Of a stretch of 64,000 nt of DNA, positions 1-10,953 are shown in pieces (within the stretch, counting starts at the first letter, position 1; the number at the start of each line of letters is the position of its first letter). The position numbers and the translations under genes were made by a program. The notes under the pieces were generated by a model, which saw only the letters and a list, made by a program, of their open reading frames with translations, had not been told where the DNA came from and made no database searches. This DNA is from an uncultured delta proteobacterium (GTDB lineage: Bacteria; Desulfobacterota; Binatia; UBA9968), in NCBI GenBank assembly GCA_963816145.1, contig CAWFJP010000015.1, positions 1 through 64,000 on the forward strand, read 5' to 3'.

Positions 1-3000
1 GCTGCACAAAATTTGAATCCAACTGCGACTCTATCTTTCCGAAAGACGAGTACGTGTAACGTTGCACCACCGCGCCGGATTGATTGGTCAGCTCGGTGAT
101 CGAGCTGAGCCCATCCGCGTGGTAGTAGGACGACTGGCCGCTCTTTTCCACTATGAGCGGCTCGTCGATGCCTGGCCCGTGAGTGTAACGCCCGATGATC
201 GCATTCGTTCCATCGAGCTCTAGCAAGATGTCCTCATTGTCATAGATGTACTTGGCAATCGTCGTCGTCCCGGCGATCACTTCTTTTTCGACTCGCCTTC
301 CCAAGCCATCGTAACGATATTTGACCGTGTTCGCCGGCGAGACAATCCGGACCAGCTTATTCTCCGCGTCGTATTCGTAGGTTGTTATCGCCCCGCCGGC
401 CTTTGCCGTCTTCTGAATCATGTTTCCGTTATTGTCATACTGGTAAGTAAATTTGACATCCTCCAAGAGTTCATTTGCCTGATTAAAAGCCGATGAACCG
501 TTTTGATTGGAACTGATGCGATTGCCAAGCGGGTCATAGCTGAACGTCTCCAGCGGGTTCGAGGGCAGCGGATTGACTGCCTGCGTCAACCGGTTCAGCG
601 TGTCATAGCTGTAATTGTGTGCTCCGTCTCGAGTCGTCTTTGAGGTGCGGTTCCCGACCCTATCGTAGGCATAATCAAACGAGTTAATTGTCGTCGCACC
701 CAATTGATGCGCGAGACGCGTCAGCTGTGATGCAGCGTCGTAGGTGTAGCTCGTTACCACGCCATTGGCATGGATCATCGACGTTCTTCGACCCAATGCG
801 TCGTATGTGAACGAAGTCATTTGTCCTTTGTTATTCGTGACCGACGCTAGACGATTCAATGCATCGTAGGTATACGTCGTCAGCCCGGTGGGATCGATCA
901 TCGAGGTGCGATTGCCGTTGAGGTCATAAGTGTAAATCGGGTCCAAATCGTCAGGTGTCGGCGACGCGCTGTGAGTCGCGAGCTTCGAGCTAGGCAATGG
1001 GCAACATTCATCCACAGAGGCGTTCTTAGTTTCGGAATGCGCGTTTCGAGTCGCATCATTGAAGCCGCCCGCTATTCCGGACACACTCGTATCATCGGAT
1101 GCGATCGCGATTGAAGCAAAGGGTTTGATCTTGCCCTCCGTCACCATCGCGTTGTAAAGGTTCTGCTGAGTTTTGAGGATGGCGGGTTGACGATTTACGA
1201 TCGATGGATCGGACAAGCGTCGCGTTGCAATGTCCACATGGTTCGTCATTCGAATCGAATCTGCGAGAGTCAGACGAACTGGATCATTGCTTGAAGGCTC
1301 GTTCTCAATATCTGCACGCATTACTGGCAGCTGTTCATCACTCGGTAACAACATCGCGGACTGCTGCTGAATATGAACCGTGCCGTTCTGACCATTGGGG
1401 CTACCGGCGCCGCCTACCGCGGTGGCATTGGCAAAATTGAAGCCGGCACTGTTCAGATAGTAGATCGCGACCCGACCGCCGCCACCGCCGCCGCTGACTT
1501 GAAACCCTTGAGATCCATTAGCGCTGATGGAGCCGCTCCCTGAAATTGTTCCAACATCGATCCTTATCCCGCCACCGCTGCCACCCGCGACGCTGCCCCC
1601 GGCTTGCGCTGGACCGCCATTCGCTCGTATGGCGCCATTTAGCGTTAGCGTGTTCGCCGCAATCCGAATGAGGCCGCCGCCGTTTCCCGCCGGTGCGCTG
1701 AAAGTCCCCCCGCCACTTCCGGGCTCGTTCGGATTTGTCAGATTACCGTATATTGGATTTGGCGTTCCGCCAGCCGTGGCGCCACCGAGCCCGCCGTAAC
1801 TTCCGCCGGCGCCCGACGTACTTCCCAGTTGAAATCCCAAGGTCATACCGCGCGAGCTCGGATTCCCTGGCTGCCCTGCTCCCAGAAAACCCAATCCGGT
1901 TGCATCTACGCGACTCGTTGCATCGATCGTAAGGCTATCCGTATGTAGATCGACTTTAAATGTTGCCGTTCCTGTTGTCGGAACATGTGTGAGAACCGCA
2001 TTGCCGGTCAAAGTTGTAATGTCGGCAACGACTCGATTGCCGGAAGCGAATTCACCGCCGGTGGCTATTTCCAACGTACCTGTAAGATTCAAGGTTCCGT
2101 CATATCTTGCACGAGCAGTCCGGCGCACGCGTAAATTGTTCAAAAAGACCGTGCCGCTCGTGGCGCCAAGAATCGGCGTGGAACGTGAATTTACCACGAG
2201 ATTGTTATTATCGATGATAACCTCGCCTCTCTCCCTGCCGGGTCCTTGTAAATAAATCGTTCCAGCCCCGCCGTTAGTCGCTGAGCTGCCAGCGGCACCG
2301 AATGCCGTCACATTGTCAAAGTTAAATCCAGTAGCGTTCTGATAGTAGATCGCAATGCGACCTCCGCTGCCGCCCCCTCCGCCAAATTGAAGGCCCTGAG
2401 AGCCATTCGCTGTGATCGATCCCGTGCCTGAGAGGGTTCCGATGTCCAAGCGAATCGCGCCGCCGCTTCCCCCCGATACGCTGCTACCAACGTCGGCGGC
2501 GCCACCATCGGCCCGTATCGCACCATTGAGTGTAAGTGTTTGCGCCATGACTCGGACTGCACCTCCGCCACTTCCAGCGGGGACACCGAACGTACCTCCA
2601 CCGCTTCCAGGGTCGTTCGGATTTCTAAAATCTCCATACACCGGATTCGGCGCGCCGCTGGAGGTCGTACCGCCTAATCCGCCGTAACCACCACCGGCGC
2701 CTGGCGTACTGCCCGCCTGAAAGCCCAAGGTCATTCCATTGGTGCTAGCATTGCCAAAGCGCAGCGCACCTGGAAAACCACGTCCGACCACATCGATGCG
2801 GCTTGTCGCGTCGATTGTAATAGCGTTCGCGCTAACTTCGAGCTTATTCACTACTGGAGGAGCGGGCACGAAGTGGGCAAGAAAACTGCCGCTGAGTATA
2901 TTTACCGTCGGCGCACCGATGGGCTGAGAAGTTAGAAATCCGCTGCTTCCGCTGACCTCCAGCGTACTCTCGACGTTCAACGGGCGAGTTACGCCCGACC

Positions 3001-6000
3001 GCGCCCCACGCCGAATGCGCAGATGCGTCAGTGCAACGTCTCCGGTAGCTGGTGTCAGGAGAGCGGACACAACTCCCCCAACATCCACATTGTTGTTGTC
3101 AATGATAAGTTCGCCGTTCACGCTCGATGGCCCTTGCAAGTACACCGTTCCGGCACCACCGCCGGATACACCCGGGCCTGTAGCGCCGGTGGCGGATAAA
3201 TTTGCAAAATTAAAGCCTGTCCCGTTTTGAAAATAAACTGCAATCCTTCCACCACTACCTCCGCCTCCAACCGTCCCACCACCATTGCTGCCATTGGCGG
3301 CGATCGAGCCTGTGCCAGATATCGTAGTTACATCGATCCGTATCCCTCCACCGCTTCCTCCAGATGCACTCCCGCCCACATTTACCGGTCCACCATTCGC
3401 TCGTATGGCGCCATTCAATGATAATGTTTGAACTACAATTCGAACCAGGCCGCCACCATTTCCGCCCGGTACACCAACAGCGCCGCCACCGCTCCCAGGT
3501 TCATTCGGATTTCGAAAATCGCCGTAAGCTGGGTTCGAATTGGGGCCACCGCCGCGCCCAGCGTAACTACCACCGTCAAGCGAGCCGCTTCCCTGTTGAA
3601 AACCCAATGTCATGCCATTGTTCGGAAATGGATTTCCTGGACGTCCAGCGGCCAAAAATCCCAAACCGGTCACATCGATGCGGCTCGCCGCGTCGACCGT
3701 CAATGTGCCGGTCACCGTGAGATCGAGTTTATTTAGTTTGGTTCCGGTCGTCGGTTCATGTTTGAGAATCGCACCGTTGATAAGGCTTAGATTTGAAAAC
3801 GTGTGAGAACCCGTGACGGTCAAGACTTTGCCATTGACTTGGAGAGTCTTGCCGTCAAATTGAAAATTGTTTTCGCCGATCGTCGTATCCGCATTGATTG
3901 GAACAACAGTGTCCGACTGCGCGATTTCGCTCGTCGAAAGGCTTGAAACCAAGCGATTTGCCAAATCATATTGGTTAATTACATTGGTGAGGGAATTGCT
4001 AACGGTTCGCAGGTTACCGGCGGCATCATAAACATAGGTCGTAACTTGAGAGCCGTTCTCGGTCGACGTGGGTGGTCGGGTCTTGTTAACGAGACGATTG
4101 AGCGCATCGTAGTTGAACGTAATGACCTGGCTGTTGCGATTCGTGGCGCTGATCAAGTTACCGTTGCCGTCGTAAGTAAATGTCTCCGTCAATCCCAGCG
4201 GATTGGTCGCGGCGACCAGTCGGTCCAATCCATCATACGTGAAGGTCGTAATTTGGTTCTTGGCGTCGCGGACTTGAATCAGATTGCCCTTCGGATCGTA
4301 ACCGTACTGTGTCGTCTTTAGATCGGCGTCCAGGACAGCGACAAGGCGATTCCGCGCATCGTACGTAAACTGCGTGATCCGGTTCTCGGCGTCAGTGGAT
4401 GTGGTGACATTACCGACATTGTCACTAGCGAGGCGAGTCACTTCGCCTTTCGGGTTGGTTGTAGTAAGCAAATTTCCACGCGCGTCGTAGGATAAACTCG
4501 TTGTCGTTTGGATCGGAGTCCCGACTGCGGAGGTCACGGAGGCCAACAATCCGCGCGCGTCGTAGCTCATTTGCGTGCGGTTGTTCAGCGCATCGATGAG
4601 CTCAATGGGATTCCCGTTTACATCATAATTGATCGTCGTAACGTTCCCTTTTGGATCGCGGATCGTCTCGACCTGATTGAAGTTCGGCTCGTAGGTGAAC
4701 GTCGTTGTTGCGCCAACGGGATCCGTCGAAGTAAGCAGGTTGCCTTTCGCGTCATACGTCATCGTCGTAACAGCACCATTGGGGTGCGTGATTCGAGTCG
4801 GCAGACCATTGGGGTTGCGCTGCGTTGTTGTCACTTGACCGAGTGGATCCCGCTGCGAGACGATCTGACCCAAGGAATCGAGCGTGAAAAAGGTTATATT
4901 TCCGCGGCCATCGCTAAGCGCGGCTGTTGCATTCTCACTTCGAACGATTGGGGCCGGATTCGTCGGACTGCCAAAACCAAAACCGCCGTTTGGCAGACCC
5001 TGTAGCTTGCTCGACGCAACGGCCCGAGTCTGCCCTCCCGGACGGTTCGATTGCGCGAATCGACCGGCAAAATTATAGGTGTAAGTTGTACTATTCCCAC
5101 GTTCATCGACTGTCTCGATCATCCGCCCTGTTGAATCGTAAGCGTACCTCACAAAAGTACCGTCCGAATTTGTGATGCGAGTAAGATTCCCGGCACTATC
5201 GTGTTGGAAATGGGTTTCTCTAGCGGCTGGATCGGTAATCTTTTGCAGCCTATTGTTTGTATAAGTAAGCGTCGTTACTAGGCCCACGGGATCTGTGATT
5301 GTGATCAGCCGGCCATTCCCATCATAGCCGTAAACCATTGCGTTACTGTTTCGGTCGACCACGGAAGTTTGCAGCCCTTGGCTATCAAAATTGACTCTCG
5401 TCCCATCTTTAAACGAACGGGTAAAAGTGTCGTCAGGATTGCGAATCAAAGTTGAAAAATCTCGAGCGGGGGAAACAAACACGTTGGGCCCGCCGGAAAA
5501 GAAAAGAGCGGTGCCATCTCCGGCAGTCAGGAGAACTCCACCGCCGGATTGCGGGTGAAGCTGTTGAATTTCCGTGAGAGCCCAGCCCGTACCAAACGAA
5601 CTACTTTTCCGGTTGACGACAATCGTATTGCCATTGGTGATACCGCCGATGGAAGAGTTCTGATAATTGCTAAAAACTGTGAGTTCGTACGGATAACGTC
5701 CCGTAGGAAGATTACTTGCGTCAAACTGATGGGACAGGCGCGAGTTGGAATCCGCCGTCTCAGGAAGCGTTCCCGTGTTTGTAAAAAGCTCGCCGCCTTG
5801 CTGCACCCCTCCAAGCTTGACTCTGGTCGAAAAAGTCGCCGGAACAGCGGCACGAACGCTCAGCGTTGTATCTGCTGAAATGATCGGCTTGGGATCCGCA
5901 GTTACGGAACTATAAGTCAGAGAAACACTCCTGCTTTGACCGAGTGAACGATAGGAGGGCAGCGAGTGCGTCTGGTATAGACTGCCTTCCTCCAGATTGG

Positions 6001-9000
6001 CCTCGGAGCCAACCTGAGTGCGGCACGAACCGCAGTAATTATTTCCCTGATCTCCTACGGGCGTCGGACTGGATGCGAGTGGAAAATGCCATGCACTCGC
6101 AGTCACTCCGCCTTCAACCGTGATAACGCTCAGCCCATCGGCTGATACTGCGCTCTTTCCAACAATATTGAACTTGCCAGTGTCGGGGCTCAGGGACCAA
6201 AGATTGAATTCATTCCCTGGCGGGACACCATCAGCGTTGGGGAAAGTAATCCGTGCCGGTGGGTTGAATCTAATACCCGCCGGCTGAATCGTCACTGCCA
6301 TACCAGGGCGCAATTCTTCGGGCCGGGATTCCGGACGGCCATAGTCGGGAACGGGATTAATTGAGAGGCTACCGGTGAATGGCGTGCCGTCGGCATTGAA
6401 GGCAGTACCGCCAGCGATCTCTAAAATCACGCCAGGCAAGTTGGGATTGGTCACCACGGTCTCAAAAATTGAATTGACCGGCACCTCGCTCTCGATATCC
6501 ACATCGGGCAGCGAGATCGCCGAAGTCAAATCGTTCATCACGCCATCAATGAGCTCCACCGCAACCGCGATGATCGCGAAGACGCCGAGATTGGCCTGGC
6601 GCCCGTCGACGATCAGTTGCTGGATACCTGAAGGAACTCCATTGATGTTGAAAACGCCGTTGGCGTCGGTAAGTCCCGTGTGACTGCTCGAGCGCAAGGT
6701 TGCTCGCACGTTGCTCAGCGGGATTTTCTGCAGATTTACGACTTTACCGCGAACTGCGGTGGTGCCGCCTGGCGGCGGATTGGGCACGGTGATGGTGATG
6801 GTCTCGGCGACAATTTGAGTGCCACTCTGCGCTGAGAACGTCAGCTGATGACTACCGACTTGGGTGGTGCTCGGCCGGAAAGTGAACACACCCGTGCTCG
6901 CGTTAAACGTCGCGTTAGTCATCAGCGGCAGCGGCGCAACGAATAGACTGACGGGCAGCGCAAAAGAATTCGTCCCGCTAACTGTGAAAGTCAGCGTCTC
7001 ACCGAGATTGACCGTCTTGTTGCCGATCGGGTTTAAGGCCAAACCAGCGTTGATGGTCGCCGTGGTCGGCGACATGGCGCTGGCATTAAACGAGTCGGTG
7101 ACCGTCAGAACCACCGGATAAGTACCCGGCGCGTTGTAAATGTATGTCGGACTCGCACCCGCGGCTGTACCGCCTTCGCCGAGGGTCCATGAGAACGTAA
7201 TCGGGTTGCCATCAGGATCACTGCCAGTGCCATTTAACTGGATAGGCACACCGACGTTGCCGGCGTACGGACCGCCGGCGCTGGCGGTGGGTGGACGATT
7301 GACAAGAATTACGTCGACCGAGACTGTCGCGGGCGCACTTGTGCCAACGCCATCACTTGCTGTGAACGTGAAACTGTCAGCTCCGGCATAATTACTCGCC
7401 GGAGTGTAGCTCACCGTTGCGGTGCACGTCGCGCCCTGGCCTTGCACCGTGCAGTTGGGTGTACCGATGGCGGCAAGCGTACCTTTGGCCGGTGGCGTGG
7501 CAATGTTGAACAATAGTACCTTGTGGTCGATGTCGCTGACGCTGAGCGGAATGATCACCGGGGTATTTTGATTGGTACTAACACTCTGGGCTTGGGCGAT
7601 CGGCAGGTCATTCACCGGCACCACGTCGAGGTTCGCCATCGCGACATTGCTATGATTGATACCGTCGAAGATCCGATAGATGAAATTGTCGGAGCCGTTG
7701 TAGTCGCTCTGCGGTGTGTAATTGAAAGAACCGTCGGCGTTGAGCGTGAAAGACAAAGCCCGGCGCGGACCGCTGACTAGTACCGCGGTAGAGTTGCCAA
7801 GCGGTGCCAAGGCGTCGTTGGTGAGAACACCCGGCGCAGGGACGGCGCGCGCTGAGTCTTCGTTGACCGCTTCGGTATCATTCTTGGCTACCGGAAAATT
7901 ATTCGGCGCGATCATCGCGATGGTGACCATGGCGACATTGCTGTCGGTGGTGCCGTCGTTGAGCTTGTAGGTGAAGCTATCGGTGCCGGTGAAGTTGGTC
8001 TGCGGTGTGTAGTCGAACGAGCCGTCTGGGTTGAGGGTGAAGGAGAGCGCTCGGGTCGGACCGCTGACCACTGAGGCAGTCAGGCTTATCACCGGGGTGT
8101 CGAAATCGTTGTCGTTGGCTAGGACACCTCGAACGGGAACGTTAAGTGCCGTGTCTTTCTCGGTATTGTAAAAGTCGTTGATCGCCACCGGTGCGTTGTT
8201 GGCCGCCTGAACTGCGATCGTTACTATCGCATCGTTGCTGTCGCTGGTGCCGTCGTTGGTCTTGTAGGTAAAACTGTCGCTACCGGTGAAACCAGTATTC
8301 GGCGTATAGGAAAATGAACCGTCGGCATTGAGCGTAAAGCTCGCGGCATTGGTCGGACCGGTGACCAGCATGGCGGTTAGACTGCTCACCGGGTTATCGA
8401 GATCGTTGTCGTTACCCAGGACGCCGGCGCCACCCATAGTGAGAGCAATGTTGATGTCAGTACTGTAGAAGTCGTTGGTAGCTACCGGAACGTCGTTGAC
8501 AGCGTTAATTGTGATGTTGACGGTGGCAAGGTTAGAATCCACCGTGCCGTCATTGACTTTGAAGTTAAAACTAGCAGAACCACTGAAATTGGCTGCCGGG
8601 GTGTAGGGCACTGTAGCGGTACAGTTAGTTCCTGGCGTGCCGGTGTTGTTAGGAACGGCGATACATGAGGGCGCAGCGATCGTGCCAAGGGAACCGCTGC
8701 TCGGCGCGTTGACGATGCTGAACGTCAGGCCATTGCTGTCGATGTCGGTGCCACTTAACGTGATGAGAGTCGGGTTGTCTTCGTTAGTCTGCGTGGTGCC
8801 GTTGCTGGCGACTGGCGCATCGTTGACCGGCAGGACCGTGATCGAAACCGTGGCGAGGTTGGAATCTAACGCACCGTCGTTCGCCTTGAACGTGAAACCG
8901 TCAGGACCGTTGTAGTTGGCGGCAGGGGTAAAGGTCACTGTCGCGATACAGTTGGAACCTGAGCCAATTGCGACACAGTTTGGCGCGGATACCGCGCCGA

Positions 9001-10909
9001 GTTTGCCATGGGTTGGCTGGGCAACGATACTGAAGGTCAAGCTCGCACTATCTACGTCGCTCGCGTTTAGTGTGATTACGACCGCGGTGTCTTCGTTCGT
9101 AATCACACTAAGGGCGTGTACCACCGGCGCGTCATTCACAGCGCCAACCGTGAGTGAGATCGTTGCGGTATTCGAATCCATGCCACTATCGTTGGCTTTG
9201 ATGGTAAAGCTATCTGCGCCGTTGTAATTGGCGGCTGGGGTATAAGTGACCGCTGCGCTACAACGCGAACCCGTTCCGCTCGCCACACAGTTGGGTACAG
9301 ACATCGCGCTGAGCGTTCCATTGCTCGGATCGCTGACGATGCTGAAGCTCACGCTCGCGCTGTCCACATCGCTGGCGGAGAGCGTGACGACGATTGGGGT
9401 GTCTTCGTCGGTCGACACTGAAGCACCAGTTGCCGTGGGCGGCTGATTCACACCAACGGCGGCGATGACCACAGTCGACGGTGCGCTAAGGTACTGTCCA
9501 TCGCTGACAACTAATCTGAAAGAGTATTGGCCGGCTATCTGTGGAGTGAATGAAGGCGTCGGGGTGGTGACGCCGTTGAGAGTTATCGCGCTTCCGACAG
9601 GTTCGACGACGACGGTCCACTGATACGTTAATGGCGCGCCTTCCGGATCGAAACTCTGAGTACCATTGAGGGCTACAAGCTGTCCGGTTGCCACTGTCTG
9701 ATTGGCGCCGGCGTTGCCAATAGGCGGGGCATTGGCAAACTCAAAGGCACCCGCATCGAACGCGGGCGTATGATCGGCGTTACCATCGGCAGGGCGAATA
9801 CCCTCGATGACGAAGTCGGCTTCAAAGATCGGGTTGTAGGAGGGATTGAAACCAAGCGTGCGTGGGTCCATGCCGACATCGATGGCGAGCGAGTTCGGCA
9901 TAAGGCTAAAATCATCGTCACCGGTGTTAGGCCGGTCGTCTACGCCGTCTTTGTTGCCGAATAGATTTGCCGGCACTTCGCATCCCGGCAGCGCGCCGAC
10001 TCTCGTGCCTTCATTTCCAAGCGGCGTGAAATTGCTCGAATCCGTGGCGTCGAGTACCTGAGTGGAAATCTGCCCCTGGGTGTTGCCGCAGACAAGATTG
10101 TTTAGGAGCTTGATCCCCGCCGGCTGCGGAGAGGTGGAGCTTTCCCTTCTAACGCCGAATCGGCCACCGGTGGACCCTGATGCGGTACCGTTACCGTTGA
10201 CGATATTGTTGGCGAGTGTGACGATATGGCTGCGCGCTACATCCACGCCGTTCCATTGATTGCCATAGATAGTGTTGTTGATGATGTAATGCGGCCCGCC
10301 GTCGGCGTCTATAAAACTAATACCGTTGCGCCCGTTGGCGTAAATCAAATTGTTAACGATCAACGTGCCGGGGTTGCCGCGATTGATCGTGATGCCGCCG
10401 TCGCAGGAGTTGCTGCCATTGCCAAAGATACGGTTGAGTTCGATGTGGATATCTTGATTTTGATTATTGCCACCGAGCAGCGAGATCGCTTGACCGCCGG
10501 TACCGGTAATTGTCAGGCCGCGGATGGTGATGAACTTCGACTGTTGAAATCGGATAGCGTAATTTCCCGTGCAAGCACCAGCCGCTCCGGCAAGTACAAC
10601 CTGGCCCGGATTCATCGCCGGATCGGCCTCGATGACGATCCTGTCGACCTCACTAGCTCCAGCAAAATTGTTTTTCCCGGTGATCGAGAGTTGCTCGGGA
10701 TAGGTGCCGGCTTGGATTTGGACGACGTCGCCCGCACCGGCCGAATTAATCGCGGCTTGAATCGTCGTGAAGCAAGGAGACTGACCACCGCAGCTGGGAT
10801 CGGTGCGATTGACGTGAAGGACGGTTTGAGCTTGCGCCGTGGAGAGAGCGAAACCGAAGAGAAACAACAGGAACAGGAAAAGGATAGTAAAACGTTCATG
10901 TTTAACCAT
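1..10909 (-). CDS. Giant secreted Rhs/YD-repeat protein, 3'-partial (>3636 aa): signal peptide, parallel beta-helix, PKD, tandem Ig-like (Big_9) repeats, YD repeats with Gly-rich insertion, Rhs-associated core
   Basis: ATG at 10909 after AGGAG; N-terminus MVKHERFTILFLFLLFLFGFALSTAQA|QTV (signal peptide). Same frame at the left edge reads SYYHADGLSSITELTNQSGAVVQRYTYSSFGK (Rhs core). Many YDxxGN/YDxxNRL repeats at ~5500-3950 and 940-130. Segments I translated have no stop, and the ORF track lists no terminated ORF in this frame. Confidence 0.9.
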   Translation of the reverse strand, partial: MVKHERFTILFLFLLFLFGFALSTAQAQTVLHVNRTDPSCGGQSPCFTTIQAAINSAGAGDVVQIQAGTYPEQLSITGKNNFAGASEVDRIVIEADPAMNPGQVVLAGAAGACTGNYAIRFQQSKFITIRGLTITGTGGQAISLLGGNNQNQDIHIELNRIFGNGSNSCDGGITINRGNPGTLIVNNLIYANGRNGISFIDADGGPHYIINNTIYGNQWNGVDVARSHIVTLANNIVNGNGTASGSTGGRFGVRRESSTSPQPAGIKLLNNLVCGNTQGQISTQVLDATDSSNFTPLGNEGTRVGALPGCEVPANLFGNKDGVDDRPNTGDDDFSLMPNSLAIDVGMDPRTLGFNPSYNPIFEADFVIEGIRPADGNADHTPAFDAGAFEFANAPPIGNAGANQTVATGQLVALNGTQSFDPEGAPLTYQWTVVVEPVGSAITLNGVTTPTPSFTPQIAGQYSFRLVVSDGQYLSAPSTVVIAAVGVNQPPTATGASVSTDEDTPIVVTLSASDVDSASVSFSIVSDPSNGTLSAMSVPNCVASGTGSRCSAAVTYTPAANYNGADSFTIKANDSGMDSNTATISLTVGAVNDAPVVHALSVITNEDTAVVITLNASDVDSASLTFSIVAQPTHGKLGAVSAPNCVAIGSGSNCIATVTFTPAANYNGPDGFTFKANDGALDSNLATVSITVLPVNDAPVASNGTTQTNEDNPTLITLSGTDIDSNGLTFSIVNAPSSGSLGTIAAPSCIAVPNNTGTPGTNCTATVPYTPAANFSGSASFNFKVNDGTVDSNLATVNITINAVNDVPVATNDFYSTDINIALTMGGAGVLGNDNDLDNPVSSLTAMLVTGPTNAASFTLNADGSFSYTPNTGFTGSDSFTYKTNDGTSDSNDAIVTIAVQAANNAPVAINDFYNTEKDTALNVPVRGVLANDNDFDTPVISLTASVVSGPTRALSFTLNPDGSFDYTPQTNFTGTDSFTYKLNDGTTDSNVAMVTIAMIAPNNFPVAKNDTEAVNEDSARAVPAPGVLTNDALAPLGNSTAVLVSGPRRALSFTLNADGSFNYTPQSDYNGSDNFIYRIFDGINHSNVAMANLDVVPVNDLPIAQAQSVSTNQNTPVIIPLSVSDIDHKVLLFNIATPPAKGTLAAIGTPNCTVQGQGATCTATVSYTPASNYAGADSFTFTASDGVGTSAPATVSVDVILVNRPPTASAGGPYAGNVGVPIQLNGTGSDPDGNPITFSWTLGEGGTAAGASPTYIYNAPGTYPVVLTVTDSFNASAMSPTTATINAGLALNPIGNKTVNLGETLTFTVSGTNSFALPVSLFVAPLPLMTNATFNASTGVFTFRPSTTQVGSHQLTFSAQSGTQIVAETITITVPNPPPGGTTAVRGKVVNLQKIPLSNVRATLRSSSHTGLTDANGVFNINGVPSGIQQLIVDGRQANLGVFAIIAVAVELIDGVMNDLTSAISLPDVDIESEVPVNSIFETVVTNPNLPGVILEIAGGTAFNADGTPFTGSLSINPVPDYGRPESRPEELRPGMAVTIQPAGIRFNPPARITFPNADGVPPGNEFNLWSLSPDTGKFNIVGKSAVSADGLSVITVEGGVTASAWHFPLASSPTPVGDQGNNYCGSCRTQVGSEANLEEGSLYQTHSLPSYRSLGQSRSVSLTYSSVTADPKPIISADTTLSVRAAVPATFSTRVKLGGVQQGGELFTNTGTLPETADSNSRLSHQFDASNLPTGRYPYELTVFSNYQNSSIGGITNGNTIVVNRKSSSFGTGWALTEIQQLHPQSGGGVLLTAGDGTALFFSGGPNVFVSPARDFSTLIRNPDDTFTRSFKDGTRVNFDSQGLQTSVVDRNSNAMVYGYDGNGRLITITDPVGLVTTLTYTNNRLQKITDPAARETHFQHDSAGNLTRITNSDGTFVRYAYDSTGRMIETVDERGNSTTYTYNFAGRFAQSNRPGGQTRAVASSKLQGLPNGGFGFGSPTNPAPIVRSENATAALSDGRGNITFFTLDSLGQIVSQRDPLGQVTTTQRNPNGLPTRITHPNGAVTTMTYDAKGNLLTSTDPVGATTTFTYEPNFNQVETIRDPKGNVTTINYDVNGNPIELIDALNNRTQMSYDARGLLASVTSAVGTPIQTTTSLSYDARGNLLTTTNPKGEVTRLASDNVGNVTTSTDAENRITQFTYDARNRLVAVLDADLKTTQYGYDPKGNLIQVRDAKNQITTFTYDGLDRLVAATNPLGLTETFTYDGNGNLISATNRNSQVITFNYDALNRLVNKTRPPTSTENGSQVTTYVYDAAGNLRTVSNSLTNVINQYDLANRLVSSLSTSEIAQSDTVVPINADTTIGENNFQFDGKTLQVNGKVLTVTGSHTFSNLSLINGAILKHEPTTGTKLNKLDLTVTGTLTVDAASRIDVTGLGFLAAGRPGNPFPNNGMTLGFQQGSGSLDGGSYAGRGGGPNSNPAYGDFRNPNEPGSGGGAVGVPGGNGGGLVRIVVQTLSLNGAIRANGGPVNVGGSASGGSGGGIRIDVTTISGTGSIAANGSNGGGTVGGGGSGGRIAVYFQNGTGFNFANLSATGATGPGVSGGGAGTVYLQGPSSVNGELIIDNNNVDVGGVVSALLTPATGDVALTHLRIRRGARSGVTRPLNVESTLEVSGSSGFLTSQPIGAPTVNILSGSFLAHFVPAPPVVNKLEVSANAITIDATSRIDVVGRGFPGALRFGNASTNGMTLGFQAGSTPGAGGGYGGLGGTTSSGAPNPVYGDFRNPNDPGSGGGTFGVPAGSGGGAVRVMAQTLTLNGAIRADGGAADVGSSVSGGSGGAIRLDIGTLSGTGSITANGSQGLQFGGGGGSGGRIAIYYQNATGFNFDNVTAFGAAGSSATNGGAGTIYLQGPGRERGEVIIDNNNLVVNSRSTPILGATSGTVFLNNLRVRRTARARYDGTLNLTGTLEIATGGEFASGNRVVADITTLTGNAVLTHVPTTGTATFKVDLHTDSLTIDATSRVDATGLGFLGAGQPGNPSSRGMTLGFQLGSTSGAGGSYGGLGGATAGGTPNPIYGNLTNPNEPGSGGGTFSAPAGNGGGLIRIAANTLTLNGAIRANGGPAQAGGSVAGGSGGGIRIDVGTISGSGSISANGSQGFQVSGGGGGGRVAIYYLNSAGFNFANATAVGGAGSPNGQNGTVHIQQQSAMLLPSDEQLPVMRADIENEPSSNDPVRLTLADSIRMTNHVDIATRRLSDPSIVNRQPAILKTQQNLYNAMVTEGKIKPFASIAIASDDTSVSGIAGGFNDATRNAHSETKNASVDECCPLPSSKLATHSASPTPDDLDPIYTYDLNGNRTSMIDPTGLTTYTYDALNRLASVTNNKGQMTSFTYDALGRRTSMIHANGVVTSYTYDAASQLTRLAHQLGATTINSFDYAYDRVGNRTSKTTRDGAHNYSYDTLNRLTQAVNPLPSNPLETFSYDPLGNRISSNQNGSSAFNQANELLEDVKFTYQYDNNGNMIQKTAKAGGAITTYEYDAENKLVRIVSPANTVKYRYDGLGRRVEKEVIAGTTTIAKYIYDNEDILLELDGTNAIIGRYTHGPGIDEPLIVEKSGQSSYYHADGLSSITELTNQSGAVVQRYTYSSFGKIESQLDSNFVQ
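1375..3900 (-). repeat. Three intragenic Gly-rich repeats, 888-nt (296-aa) period
   Basis: Anchor TTCGGATTT (encoding YGxxxNPN(E/D)PGSGGG) at 1728, 2616 and 3504, exactly 888 nt apart; each unit also has GGSGG(G/A)IR(I/L)D and GGR(I/V)A(V/I)Y. Confidence 0.85.
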
Positions 10910-10953
10910 CGCTGACTCCTAGTTGACTCAGCCCATCGCAGGATATTGGGCCG

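Noticed and set aside
1375-3900. Rhs internal repeats as DGR template/variable repeats
   Set aside because: Divergence is general, not adenine-specific, and no reverse transcriptase is in the window.
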